From Actinomycetota bacterium (GTDB taxonomy: Bacteria > Actinomycetota > Actinomycetes > S36-B12): 64,000 bases of DNA. Numbering within the stretch: position 1 is the stretch's first letter; each line of letters opens with the position of its first letter. The position numbers and the translations under genes were made by a program. The notes under the pieces are model-generated. The model was not told the DNA's origin. It did no database searches and saw only the letters and a list, made by a program, of their open reading frames with translations. Location: NCBI GenBank assembly GCA_009699465.1, contig WLOE01000001.1, positions 309 to 64,308 of the forward strand, given 5' to 3'. This document shows, piece by piece, positions 56,154 through 64,000 of the stretch.

Positions 56154-56204
56154 GCCAGTTCTCCTTGTAGTCCGCTCGTTGGAGGGCCTTTAAAGCATAC
56201 AATC

Positions 56205-56214
56205 AGTTATAACT
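56205..56214. promoter_or_regulatory. 10-bp perfect palindrome AGTTATAACT, candidate TetR operator
   Basis: Lies in the 70-bp divergent region between the EtfD-like gene (start 56153) and the TetR gene (start 56224). Short and AT-rich, so weak evidence. Confidence 0.3.
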
Positions 56215-56223
56215 TTAGCACAA

Positions 56224-57021
56224 ATGGGTTGCTTCCCCTCGGTGCTGCCCGAACCTATCGAACTGGGGCAGGACAACATGCAAGAATCCGCTCCTATGAG
56301 CGCAATCCCACATGAGCCGGACCCGGCCTCCACGCGGAAGAAGCGCAACCCTCGAGGCTCACTCAATGCCGAGGTGATTTTGGCTGAGGCCTTTCGATTC
56401 AGTAAGGAAGAGACCGTAGAAGCGCTCAGCATGCCCAAGCTGGCCAAGCGCCTTGGCGTGGGCGTGACCAGTTTGTATTGGTATTTCCATACCAAAGAGG
56501 AGCTCCTTCAAGCGATGCTCTCTCAAGTCGCTGATGACTACCTGTCGCTCTTGCCTGATCACGAAGGCCTGGCTTGGGATGAGCACTTCCGGCGGTACTT
56601 CAACGACATGCGCCGAATCTTTCTCACCCACGATGTGATTTGTGACTTCCTGATTATGCGCACCCACGTGTCGATGATTGGCTCAGATAGCAGCTTCTTT
56701 ATGGATCGACTCAATAAAGAAGTGGGGATTCTGCTTGCTGCTGGCTTTGAACCTGAGATTGCGGCTCGTGCCTACCAAGCGATGTCGGTCTACACGAGCG
56801 GCACCGTGCAAAAAGTTCGGATGGCAGAGCTCGGTGGCTCAGACCCCAACCGAAAAATGTTTGCAGGTCTCGACGAGCAAACCCAGCAAGCTATTGAAAT
56901 CAATTATTCCGCGCTCGGCGCGACCCAGGATTATTGGAATTCCACCTACTCCACTTGGAATGACTTTAACTTCGGGTTGAATACGATCCTTGACGGCTTG
57001 CGCATGTATCTGCCGGATTAA
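56224..57021 (+). CDS. TetR/AcrR family transcriptional regulator
   Basis: HTH region ILAEAFRFSKEETVEALSMPKLAKRLGVGVTSLYWYFHTKEELL. Start may instead be MQESAP at 56278. Confidence 0.85.
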   Translation: MGCFPSVLPEPIELGQDNMQESAPMSAIPHEPDPASTRKKRNPRGSLNAEVILAEAFRFSKEETVEALSMPKLAKRLGVGVTSLYWYFHTKEELLQAMLSQVADDYLSLLPDHEGLAWDEHFRRYFNDMRRIFLTHDVICDFLIMRTHVSMIGSDSSFFMDRLNKEVGILLAAGFEPEIAARAYQAMSVYTSGTVQKVRMAELGGSDPNRKMFAGLDEQTQQAIEINYSALGATQDYWNSTYSTWNDFNFGLNTILDGLRMYLPD

Positions 57022-57033
57022 TCGAAAGCACCA

Positions 57034-57072
57034 AAAGCTAAGGGCCCCGAAATAATCGGGGCCCTTAGCTTT
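57034..57072. terminator. Bidirectional terminator between the TetR gene and the acyl-CoA dehydrogenase gene
   Basis: Perfect 16-bp stem AAAGCTAAGGGCCCCG / CGGGGCCCTTAGCTTT (57034-57049 / 57057-57072), 7-nt loop. Followed on the plus strand by a T run (GAGATCTTTTTG). Confidence 0.85.
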
Positions 57073-57088
57073 GAGATCTTTTTGTGGA

Positions 57089-58219
57089 TTACAAGCCGAT
57101 GAGGTCTGCAATGCGACGCTTGTGATCTGCAGGGGTGCCAAACAACTGGCGATCTGTTGTTGCGCGGCGCAAGTACAAGTGGCAGTCGTGTTCCCACGTC
57201 ACGCCAAGACCGCCGTGCATCTGCACGCAGTCTTGAATAACCTGCACTGACTTCGTGCCGATGTATGCCTTGGCAACGCTCACCAAACGTGAAGCATCCT
57301 GGGAGCGGTTGTTCACTGCCTTTACTGCTTCATCAGCAGTTGCGTTGCAGATTTCAATCCAGGTGCGCATATCCGAGAAGCGGTGCTTCAAAGCTTGGTA
57401 GGACGCCAATGGACGACCGAATGAGTAGCGATCAAAGGCCCACTGCACAGTGAACTCGAATACGCGGTTGATCACACCATTCATTTCTGCACACTGAAGG
57501 GCGTTAGCAACCAAGAACATGCGCTCAACAATTTCTGCTGTTGAATTTTCATTTCCCACCATTGCTTCAGCAGGAACAGTCACACCATCAAAACGCACGA
57601 GTGCGTGATGACGAGTGAAGTCCAGTGAGTCAACGAGTTCCGTGGTGACGCCAGCTGCATCTGCAGGAACCATGAACAGTGCAACACCATTTTCGGTCTT
57701 TGCAGAAACCAAGAACACACCGGCAACATCGCCAGCTTCAACGCGATCCTTCACGCCTGTAATGACGTAGTTGCCACCGTTCTTTGCGGCAGTGGTGCTT
57801 GGGTTCAATGGATCCCAGTGACCCTTTGGTTCGTAAGCAGCCCAGGCGCCAACCAGCTCGCCACTCATTAAGCCTTCGATGGTTTCACTGTGGTCTGCGC
57901 CCGTAGCTGCGCCTTCAACCAAGCCGGCAATCACCGTGTTGACTGGAATGAGTGGTGCTGGGGTGACCAAGCGACCAAACTCTTCAGCAACGATTGCTAG
58001 ATCCTGGAAACCGTTACCGGAGATGCTGCCACCACCGAGATCTTCAGGAACGAGAAGGGCAGCCCAACCAAGTTCTGCGCCTTGCTCCCAAAGTTCAGCT
58101 GGGAAGCCTCCACCGGCCTTATTGAGTTCACGAACTTTCTCAACAGGAATCTTGTCGTCAAGAAACTTTGCAGTGGTGTTGCGGAAAAGCTTTTGTTCTT
58201 CCGAGAGTTCCAAATCCAT
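57089..58219 (-). CDS. Acyl-CoA dehydrogenase family protein (shorter subunit of an adjacent pair)
   Basis: 376 aa, ACAD three-domain layout. C-terminus ...QMHGGLGVTWEHDCHLYLRRATTDRQLFGTPADH. Confidence 0.82.
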   Translation of the reverse strand: MDLELSEEQKLFRNTTAKFLDDKIPVEKVRELNKAGGGFPAELWEQGAELGWAALLVPEDLGGGSISGNGFQDLAIVAEEFGRLVTPAPLIPVNTVIAGLVEGAATGADHSETIEGLMSGELVGAWAAYEPKGHWDPLNPSTTAAKNGGNYVITGVKDRVEAGDVAGVFLVSAKTENGVALFMVPADAAGVTTELVDSLDFTRHHALVRFDGVTVPAEAMVGNENSTAEIVERMFLVANALQCAEMNGVINRVFEFTVQWAFDRYSFGRPLASYQALKHRFSDMRTWIEICNATADEAVKAVNNRSQDASRLVSVAKAYIGTKSVQVIQDCVQMHGGLGVTWEHDCHLYLRRATTDRQLFGTPADHKRRIADLIGL

Positions 58220-58284
58220 GAGGATTCCTCAATTCTTTCTTTGCTGATTTCAGCAATTGGTCATGAACGATTAGGGGTACGGAC

Positions 58285-59526
58285 TTAGCGTCCGCGGCGG
58301 ATTTCCCGGAAAGGAACATCACGATCAGCAGCCATTTCACGAGGCATCATCAAGACGCGCTCAGAAATCATGTTCTTGCTCATTTCAGCAGAACCGCCAC
58401 CAAGGCTTGCTCCCTGACGCATCAGGTACTGCACGCCAACACTGCGCAAGTAACCGTCGCCTTCCACTGTAGAAGTCACAGCTTCGTCACCTGCGATTTC
58501 AAGCATGGCGTCCATCTTGTTCTGCGGAATTTCCGCGTGAGCAAGACGCATCATTGAACTTGACATTGCTGGGTATTCACCCGATGTCATTCCCACAGTG
58601 ACGCGCTTAATCAATTGATAATTCACGGTGTCGAGAGCGTTCTGCCAGCCCACGAGCTCGCGTGTTGCTTCGTCTTTGTCTTTGCCAACTTCGCGAGCAA
58701 GGTTTTCCAAAGTCAATCCAGCTGAGCTGCCGCGTGATGGAGCGCGACCGCTGGTGTAGGGCGAGCCGCCACCAACTGCTTGGCGTTCGTAGAACAACTG
58801 ACGCTGACCAACGGTCCAGCCGTCATTTTCAGTGCCTACGAGATTTGCTGCAGGAACAACGAGATCAGTGAAGTACTCCTCACAGAATTCATCCGACCCG
58901 TCAACCATGCGCACGCGCTGAAGGTGAGTGGCATCGTCATGCACCGGCACGATGATCATTGAAAGTCCTCGATGCTTTGGCGCATCCCAGTCAGTACGCA
59001 CCAGGCAGGTGGCAAAGTCCGCTGCGTAGGCATAGGTGCTCCAGCACTTTTGACCATTGATGACATAGGTGTCGCCATCGCGCTGAGCACGGGTCAGCAA
59101 GCCGGCAAGGTCAGATCCACCACTTGGCTCTGAGAGGAACTGGCAGAGGATGATTTCGCCAGAGATGGCGCCACGAAGGTACTTCTGCTTCTGCTCTTCG
59201 GAGCCCATATCGAGCAACATGCCCGAGCAGATGGAAAGCGAAGGCACGTTGAGGCGCAGTGGCATTTCATAGGCGATGGATTCCTCAGTGAACGCCTGCT
59301 GGTGAGCAAGGGAGAGGCCCTGACCGCCATATTCCTTGGGAAAGCACAGTCCAGCAAAACCGCCGGCAAAGAGCTTCTTTTGGAGCTCACGGTGTTCAAC
59401 CCACTCGCGGTCAGCGACCCGATTGGTGTTGTACTCCTTATTTGGATCCAGCTTTGGCATGTTGTCCGCAAGCCACGCGCGAGCGCGCATGCGGAAATCT
59501 TCTACCGATTCCATCTGGTCTGACAT
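58285..59526 (-). CDS. Acyl-CoA dehydrogenase family protein
   Basis: 413 aa from MSDQMESVEDFR (ATG at 59526, preceded by GGGGAG). The track ORF extends to 59652. C-terminus LGGGSAEMSKNMISERVLMMP resembles the GGGTxEIxRNIIAERVLGLP ACAD type. Confidence 0.85.
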   Translation of the reverse strand: MSDQMESVEDFRMRARAWLADNMPKLDPNKEYNTNRVADREWVEHRELQKKLFAGGFAGLCFPKEYGGQGLSLAHQQAFTEESIAYEMPLRLNVPSLSICSGMLLDMGSEEQKQKYLRGAISGEIILCQFLSEPSGGSDLAGLLTRAQRDGDTYVINGQKCWSTYAYAADFATCLVRTDWDAPKHRGLSMIIVPVHDDATHLQRVRMVDGSDEFCEEYFTDLVVPAANLVGTENDGWTVGQRQLFYERQAVGGGSPYTSGRAPSRGSSAGLTLENLAREVGKDKDEATRELVGWQNALDTVNYQLIKRVTVGMTSGEYPAMSSSMMRLAHAEIPQNKMDAMLEIAGDEAVTSTVEGDGYLRSVGVQYLMRQGASLGGGSAEMSKNMISERVLMMPREMAADRDVPFREIRRGR

Positions 59527-59697
59527 GGACTCCCCAACTCTGATGTGACCGGGGTAATGGTCACCAACATCTTGAATGCGAACACGGGCGGGCCAATAAG
59601 TGATAAAAATCTGCCTATTAGACCTAGATAGGTATACGACCACTCGGCGCAAGCCTTGTCAACCGATCTGGGACAACCCGCACGAGATGTTCGTCGC

Positions 59698-60633
59698 ATG
59701 ACGGACCGCCAAAGGAGCTCAATGTCCGCCACGCAGAACCCAAGCCCCTTGGTGATGGCTTCAGCTGTAACCACGTTTGCCAATATTGGCGACACCCAAG
59801 CCAGGCTTGCTGAGGTCGGTTACATCTCCGATCCGCAGATTGCCGGCGTTGTCTCCCTGGCGGCCCAACTGGGCAAGCCACTTTTGGCTGAAGGCCCAGC
59901 TGGCACCGGCAAAACCGAACTGGCTAAGGCCATCGCTCGGTCGTTAAATGCCCGCCTGATTCGCTTGCAGTGCTACGAAGGTCTGGATGAGTCCCGCGCG
60001 CTATACGAGTGGGACTACCGCAAGCAACTTCTGCGTATCCAGGCTGCCCGCCAAGAAGCAGCTGGCGATTGGAATGCCATCGAAGAAGACATTTTCGGCG
60101 AGGAATATCTGCTGCACCGGCCTTTACTTGAGGCAATCCAAGCCGAAGATGACGTTGTGCTGCTCATCGACGAAGTGGATCGTCTCGATATCGAAACCGA
60201 GGCACTGCTGTTGGAAATTCTGTCTGATTTCCAGGTTTCGATTCCAGAGCTTGGCACCGTTCATGCCAAGCAGATTCCTCTCGTTGTGCTGACATCAAAT
60301 AACAGTCGGGATCTTTCCGAAGCACTCAAGCGCCGCTGCTTATTCATGCACGTGGGCTATCCAACAGTTGAACGAGAACGCGAAATTATTTTGGCTGCGG
60401 TTCCAGGTATCACTGAGAACTTGGCGGAGCAAGTTGCGCGCATCGTACGCACTCTTCGTGATCTCAACCTCAAGAAGAGCCCATCGGTGTCAGAAACCCT
60501 TGACTGGGCAAGGGCTTTGGTGCTTCAAGGAAAAACTGAAGTAACAACCGACGTGGTACTTGAACATCTTTCAGTGCTACTCAAGCATCAGACAGATATT
60601 GAAAAGGCTACTGAGGAACTCACTGGTCCATGA
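59698..60633 (+). CDS. MoxR-like AAA+ ATPase
   Basis: Walker [20 protein letters not shown], Walker B VLLIDEVDRL. C-terminal lid typical of MoxR/CoxD. ATG at 59698; the track uses an upstream TTG at 59656. Confidence 0.85.
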   Translation: MTDRQRSSMSATQNPSPLVMASAVTTFANIGDTQARLAEVGYISDPQIAGVVSLAAQLGKPLLAEGPAGTGKTELAKAIARSLNARLIRLQCYEGLDESRALYEWDYRKQLLRIQAARQEAAGDWNAIEEDIFGEEYLLHRPLLEAIQAEDDVVLLIDEVDRLDIETEALLLEILSDFQVSIPELGTVHAKQIPLVVLTSNNSRDLSEALKRRCLFMHVGYPTVEREREIILAAVPGITENLAEQVARIVRTLRDLNLKKSPSVSETLDWARALVLQGKTEVTTDVVLEHLSVLLKHQTDIEKATEELTGP

Positions 60634-60656
60634 GTTCACTGAGTGCACGACGTTTC

Positions 60657-61289
60657 TTACTCCGACAAGAATCGGAGCACTTCGTCTTGGCAGGTAAAGT
60701 TCGAGGTGGTCGCGTAATGGTCAACACCTTTCAACACAACCATTCGCGCGTCGGGCAACGCTTCAGTCATTGCGTCCGCAGGACCAACCATGTCTCGATC
60801 ACCGATCACTACCAAAGCAGGAACTGTGACCTTGCTGAGTTCACTCAAGGCTGGCATTTCTGTAAAGCCCTTGATGTAACGCTCGACTGCTCCTCGATCA
60901 TTACCTGCGGTTTCCAACAGTTGCAACACAAGATCAGCAAGTACCAGGTCGTCCGCCGTGGGGGTGTGCGTCCACATGCCATCACCAATGCCAAGCAACA
61001 CAATCTTGCGAAACGCGCTGGGTTTGGCCAAAGCCGCGCGCAGCACGATACGTGCACCAGCGCTAAAACCAATGGCATCAACGGGTTCCTTCTCGCTCAC
61101 CAAATCAAGGAACCGCTGAACGGCCTCGCTCTCACCACCTTGAGCTTCGGGGGCAGCGCCGTGTCCAGGCAGCTCGTATCCCATGACCTCAAAGCCCTCG
61201 GATTGCAAAATGTCATCCCAACCGCTCACACCCCAGTTGTGAGCGAAGGACGAGCCAAGACCATGAACAAGCACTACGGGAACCGACAT
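60657..61289 (-). CDS. Alpha/beta-fold hydrolase
   Basis: VVLVHGLGSS oxyanion-hole HG motif and nucleophile elbow GFSAGA. Start uncertain: Met codons at 61289, 61328, 61370 and 61454, none with a good Shine-Dalgarno. The shortest is reported. Confidence 0.65.
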   Translation of the reverse strand: MSVPVVLVHGLGSSFAHNWGVSGWDDILQSEGFEVMGYELPGHGAAPEAQGGESEAVQRFLDLVSEKEPVDAIGFSAGARIVLRAALAKPSAFRKIVLLGIGDGMWTHTPTADDLVLADLVLQLLETAGNDRGAVERYIKGFTEMPALSELSKVTVPALVVIGDRDMVGPADAMTEALPDARMVVLKGVDHYATTSNFTCQDEVLRFLSE

Positions 61290-61326
61290 GCCTGGAGCAT
61301 AAAGCCAGCCCAAGGGGGTGCGCAGC

Positions 61327-62721
61327 ATGCTTTCAACAGTTGAGGGATTGGTCCGCGAACTTCGGACCATCGGAATTCCGGTATCTACGACGGAACACAT
61401 TGATGCCGCACGAGCTCTCAAGGTAATTGACATCGGTGATCGCTCGCAGGTCAAAGCTGCGCTCGCAGCAACGATGGTGAAGCGTATTGAGCACCTACCT
61501 GCTTTTAATACGGTGTTCGATCTGTTCTTCTCCGGGCTCGCTCAACTTGAAGGCGCCCTTGAGGAGGTCGGCGAGGAGGGCAGCCCGAACAGTGTTGCCG
61601 CAATGCTCAATGCACTAGGTGATGAAGAACTTCGCGAAATGCTGATCAATGCAACTGAAATGAACGATGAGCTCATGATGAACGCCCTCGTTGAAGCATT
61701 TGTTGATAGAAAAGCCAATATTCAAAAGGGCGCTCAGGTTGCGGGCAACCTGTATGTCTTTCGAGTATTGCGATCCCTTGATCTTCCCGACGTGCGTGAG
61801 CAGTTGATCGAACGCCAAGAAATTGATCCTGAATCCCCTGGCGCTGATCTCCAGCAACGCCTTGCGGAATCGGATGCTGACCACAAGGTTGAACTTCTGC
61901 AACAAAAAGTTGAAGCAGCAGTTCGCATGCAGCTGGTAGCTGATCGAGGCGCTGGTGCTGTTGCGCGATCGCTGCGTTCAAAATTGCCAGAAGATATTGA
62001 TTTCCTGACAGGTTCAACTGCTGAAATCGAAGCCCTGCAATGGACATTGGCGCCTCTTCCAGTTCAACTTGCACAAAAGCTCGCGGCAAAGCGATCACAT
62101 GGTCGCCACGGTGTCATTGATTTTCGCGGAACCGTTCGCCACTCCATGTCTACCGGTGGCGTTCCTGTTGATATCGCCTTTAAAAAGCCACATCCGCCTA
62201 AGCCAGAACTCATTGTGTTGGCGGATATCTCGGGATCAGTCTCTTCTTTCGCGACTTTCACCCTCCAACTCACCTTCGCGATTCGCTCACAATTTCGCAG
62301 TGTTCGCAGCTTTGTCTTTATCGATGGCATCGATGAAGTTACCGACATTATGCAAAGTTCGGACGACATCGCCGAAGCTGCTGCTCGCATTGATGATGAA
62401 AAGAAAGGCTTTTCCCTAGATGGCAGATCTGACTACGGATCAGCCTTCCGCTCCTTTGTGAAGCGATGGGGCATGCAGATCAACAGCCGCAGCATCGTGT
62501 TAATTCTTGGCGATGGGCGCTCCAACTACCGTCAGCCTTCCGAAGACATGGTGGAGTTCATGGCCAAGCGTGCGCACCGAGTTTTCTGGCTTAACCCAGA
62601 ACGTGAGGTCAGTTGGGGTGAAGGGGACTCAGTCATTCCTAAATATGCGCAGCACTGCAGCAAGGTTTTTGAGTGCAGAAATGTTCGTCAGCTAAAAGAG
62701 TTCATCGATGAACTCGACTAA
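61327..62721 (+). CDS. VWA domain protein, CoxE-like (MoxR partner type)
   Basis: N-terminus LVRELRTIGIPVSTTEHIDAARAL and C-terminal VWA with MIDAS LADISGSVSSF. ATG at 61327 lies 8 nt after AAGGGGG. The track uses GTG at 61318. Confidence 0.78.
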   Translation: MLSTVEGLVRELRTIGIPVSTTEHIDAARALKVIDIGDRSQVKAALAATMVKRIEHLPAFNTVFDLFFSGLAQLEGALEEVGEEGSPNSVAAMLNALGDEELREMLINATEMNDELMMNALVEAFVDRKANIQKGAQVAGNLYVFRVLRSLDLPDVREQLIERQEIDPESPGADLQQRLAESDADHKVELLQQKVEAAVRMQLVADRGAGAVARSLRSKLPEDIDFLTGSTAEIEALQWTLAPLPVQLAQKLAAKRSHGRHGVIDFRGTVRHSMSTGGVPVDIAFKKPHPPKPELIVLADISGSVSSFATFTLQLTFAIRSQFRSVRSFVFIDGIDEVTDIMQSSDDIAEAAARIDDEKKGFSLDGRSDYGSAFRSFVKRWGMQINSRSIVLILGDGRSNYRQPSEDMVEFMAKRAHRVFWLNPEREVSWGEGDSVIPKYAQHCSKVFECRNVRQLKEFIDELD

Positions 62722-62757
62722 CGATAGATTCGCAAGGCAATCAAAGGAAGGGAAACC

Positions 62758-63279
62758 ATGAGCAACATCTCAGAGGCTATGAAAGCCGCTGTGGGCACTG
62801 TCACCGGACGCACAGTGAGTTATCCAGTAAGCGAATCAGATATTCGCAAGTGGGCATTGGCTGTGTACTACCCAGGGCAACCACCAGCCGAGTTTATTGA
62901 CGCAGCTGCCGCTGCGAAAACAATCCATGGCGGCATCGTTGCCCCAGAAGACTTCAATCCCTTCGCCTGGATCACTGCTGGCCATGAGAAGTTCATTAAG
63001 AACGCTGGGAAGCTGGAAAACAACAATCCAGATAACCCTGAAATCGCATTGGGAATTGATGGCCCTGGCCTGAAGTTCCAGATGAACGGCGGGATGGTCT
63101 GTGAATATGGCGTACGCATAAAGCCCGGCGATGTCATCACCAGCGAAAGCTCAGTTGGCGAATACTCAGAGCGGGAAGGCCGCTTGGGCCTCATGCTGTT
63201 TAGTCGGGGAATTTCAACGTGGACAAACCAAAACGGTGAATTGGTCAAGCGGACCACCGGCACCTTGATTCGGTACTAG
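62758..63279 (+). CDS. Hotdog-fold protein, MaoC_dehydrat_N / HadA-like (non-catalytic subunit type)
   Basis: 173 aa. YPVSESDIRKWALAVYYPGQPP segment. No hydratase D...H motif seen. Paralogous to the gene starting at 63693. Confidence 0.6.
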   Translation: MSNISEAMKAAVGTVTGRTVSYPVSESDIRKWALAVYYPGQPPAEFIDAAAAAKTIHGGIVAPEDFNPFAWITAGHEKFIKNAGKLENNNPDNPEIALGIDGPGLKFQMNGGMVCEYGVRIKPGDVITSESSVGEYSEREGRLGLMLFSRGISTWTNQNGELVKRTTGTLIRY

Positions 63280-63284
63280 GAGAG

Positions 63285-63683
63285 ATGAATATGAACGTTA
63301 ATGTCGGTGACGTAGTCCCAAGTTTTGTTCGCCAAACCGAGTTTGCGAACTGGAACCGTTACGCAGCAGTGAACGATGAATTCGTTCCCATCCACATGGA
63401 TGATGAAGCAGGAGCTGCTGCCGGTAACGGTGGAGCTTTCGGCATGGGCAACCTTCAGTGGGCGTATCTCCACAACATGCTTCGTGACTGGATGGGCCCA
63501 AACGGCACGATTCTCACGATGGAAGTGCAGTTCCGCAGCATCAACCACAAGAACCAGATCGTTTCGGCAAAAGGTGTGGTTACTGCCGTTGATGGTGATG
63601 TGGTCACTCTGGAGGTATGGACTGAGCAGCAAGAAGGCACCAAGTTGGCGCCAGGAACTGCGACTGTTCGAATTCCTGCGTAG
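63285..63683 (+). CDS. MaoC-like (R)-specific enoyl-CoA hydratase/dehydratase, HadB-like catalytic subunit
   Basis: 132 aa. NRYAAVNDEFVPIHMD resembles the hydratase-2 Asp/His motif. Starts 5 nt after the preceding gene. Confidence 0.65.
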   Translation: MNMNVNVGDVVPSFVRQTEFANWNRYAAVNDEFVPIHMDDEAGAAAGNGGAFGMGNLQWAYLHNMLRDWMGPNGTILTMEVQFRSINHKNQIVSAKGVVTAVDGDVVTLEVWTEQQEGTKLAPGTATVRIPA

Positions 63684-63692
63684 GTCGCAGGA

Positions 63693-64000
63693 ATGCCTGA
63701 TACCTATTTAGTACCTGAGGTTCTTGCAGCAACTGGGCGTGCAGTTTCGACGGCGACGAGCTACCCGGTAAGTGCTTCAGATATTCGTAAGTGGGCGCTG
63801 GCCGTGTATTACCCAGCGCAACCACCGCAGTACTTCATTGATACCCAATACGCACCTGAAGATTTCGATCCTTTTGCGTGGGGTCCGAAGTCACATGAAT
63901 CGTTTCTTCCGGGAGACGATTCAGGAATTTGGCATCGACATGGCATCAACCAGCGAGCTCTGGGCTTTCCAGAGTGGAAATTCATTGTCAGTATGAACGC
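63693..64000 (+). CDS. Second MaoC_dehydrat_N / HadC-like hotdog protein; 5' part only, runs off window end
   Basis: Own translation from ATG at 63693: MPDTYLVPEVLAATGRAVSTATSYPVSASDIRKWALAVYYPAQPPQYFIDTQYAPEDFDPFAWGPK... Open to position 64000. Not in the ORF track because it is unterminated. Confidence 0.6.
   Translation, partial: MPDTYLVPEVLAATGRAVSTATSYPVSASDIRKWALAVYYPAQPPQYFIDTQYAPEDFDPFAWGPKSHESFLPGDDSGIWHRHGINQRALGFPEWKFIVSMN

Noticed and set aside
60630-61343. 237-aa plus-strand ORF that would bridge moxR and the VWA gene.
   Set aside because: No recognisable domain, and its composition is typical of an antisense shadow. The opposite strand encodes a hydrolase with HG and GxSxG motifs in the right order.
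1-64000. Looked across the whole window for CRISPR arrays, IS elements/transposases, integrases, prophage genes, toxin-antitoxin pairs and known defence-system signatures (the MoxR-VWA pair was considered in this light).
   Set aside because: No spaced direct-repeat array, no DDE/serine/tyrosine recombinase motifs and no phage structural genes were seen. The MoxR-VWA pair is the ordinary CoxD/CoxE type with no nuclease or effector partner.

Overview
Gene-dense chromosomal window from a medium-GC actinobacterium. Lineage markers are an HspR/HAIR-type dnaK-grpE-dnaJ-hspR-clpB operon, DUF3151 next to class II fba, DprE1/DprE2/decaprenyl-phosphate PRTase, a DosR/DosS-type pair, a mycothiol-type DinB protein, and EtfAB with an EtfD-like Fe-S protein. 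I call 58 protein genes (3 truncated by a window edge or with uncertain starts), one tRNA-Gly(CCC), several hairpin terminators and a few candidate operators. I saw no rRNA, CRISPR array, transposase, integrase or phage genes. Left to right: a xylB-xylA-xylF xylose module; housekeeping genes; the heat-shock operon; dcd; a sharply bounded ~2.4-kb high-GC block (about 19160-21545) holding one tandem-domain family III CoA-transferase that looks foreign; arfB and tRNA-Gly. Next comes a slightly AT-richer cell-envelope glycopolymer cluster (acyltransferase-3/SGNH, Cys-type sulfatase, GT2-TagF fusion, sulfotransferase, TagG/TagH-like exporter) that predicts a sulfated, O-acylated teichoic-acid-like polymer. 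Then follow a run of MFS/AI-2E transporters; a translationally coupled decaprenyl-phospho-arabinose operon headed by an unknown 4-TM protein; CopD-CtaG; and DosR/DosS arranged tail-to-tail beside a PP2C phosphatase. The window ends with an Etf/EtfD/TetR/acyl-CoA dehydrogenase/MoxR-VWA/HadABC-like hotdog block resembling lipid or sterol side-chain beta-oxidation loci. The high-GC island and the sulfation-equipped glycopolymer cluster are the two items most worth follow-up. Neither can be proven novel from sequence alone. All functional calls come from motif recognition by eye on the supplied translations, not from database searches.
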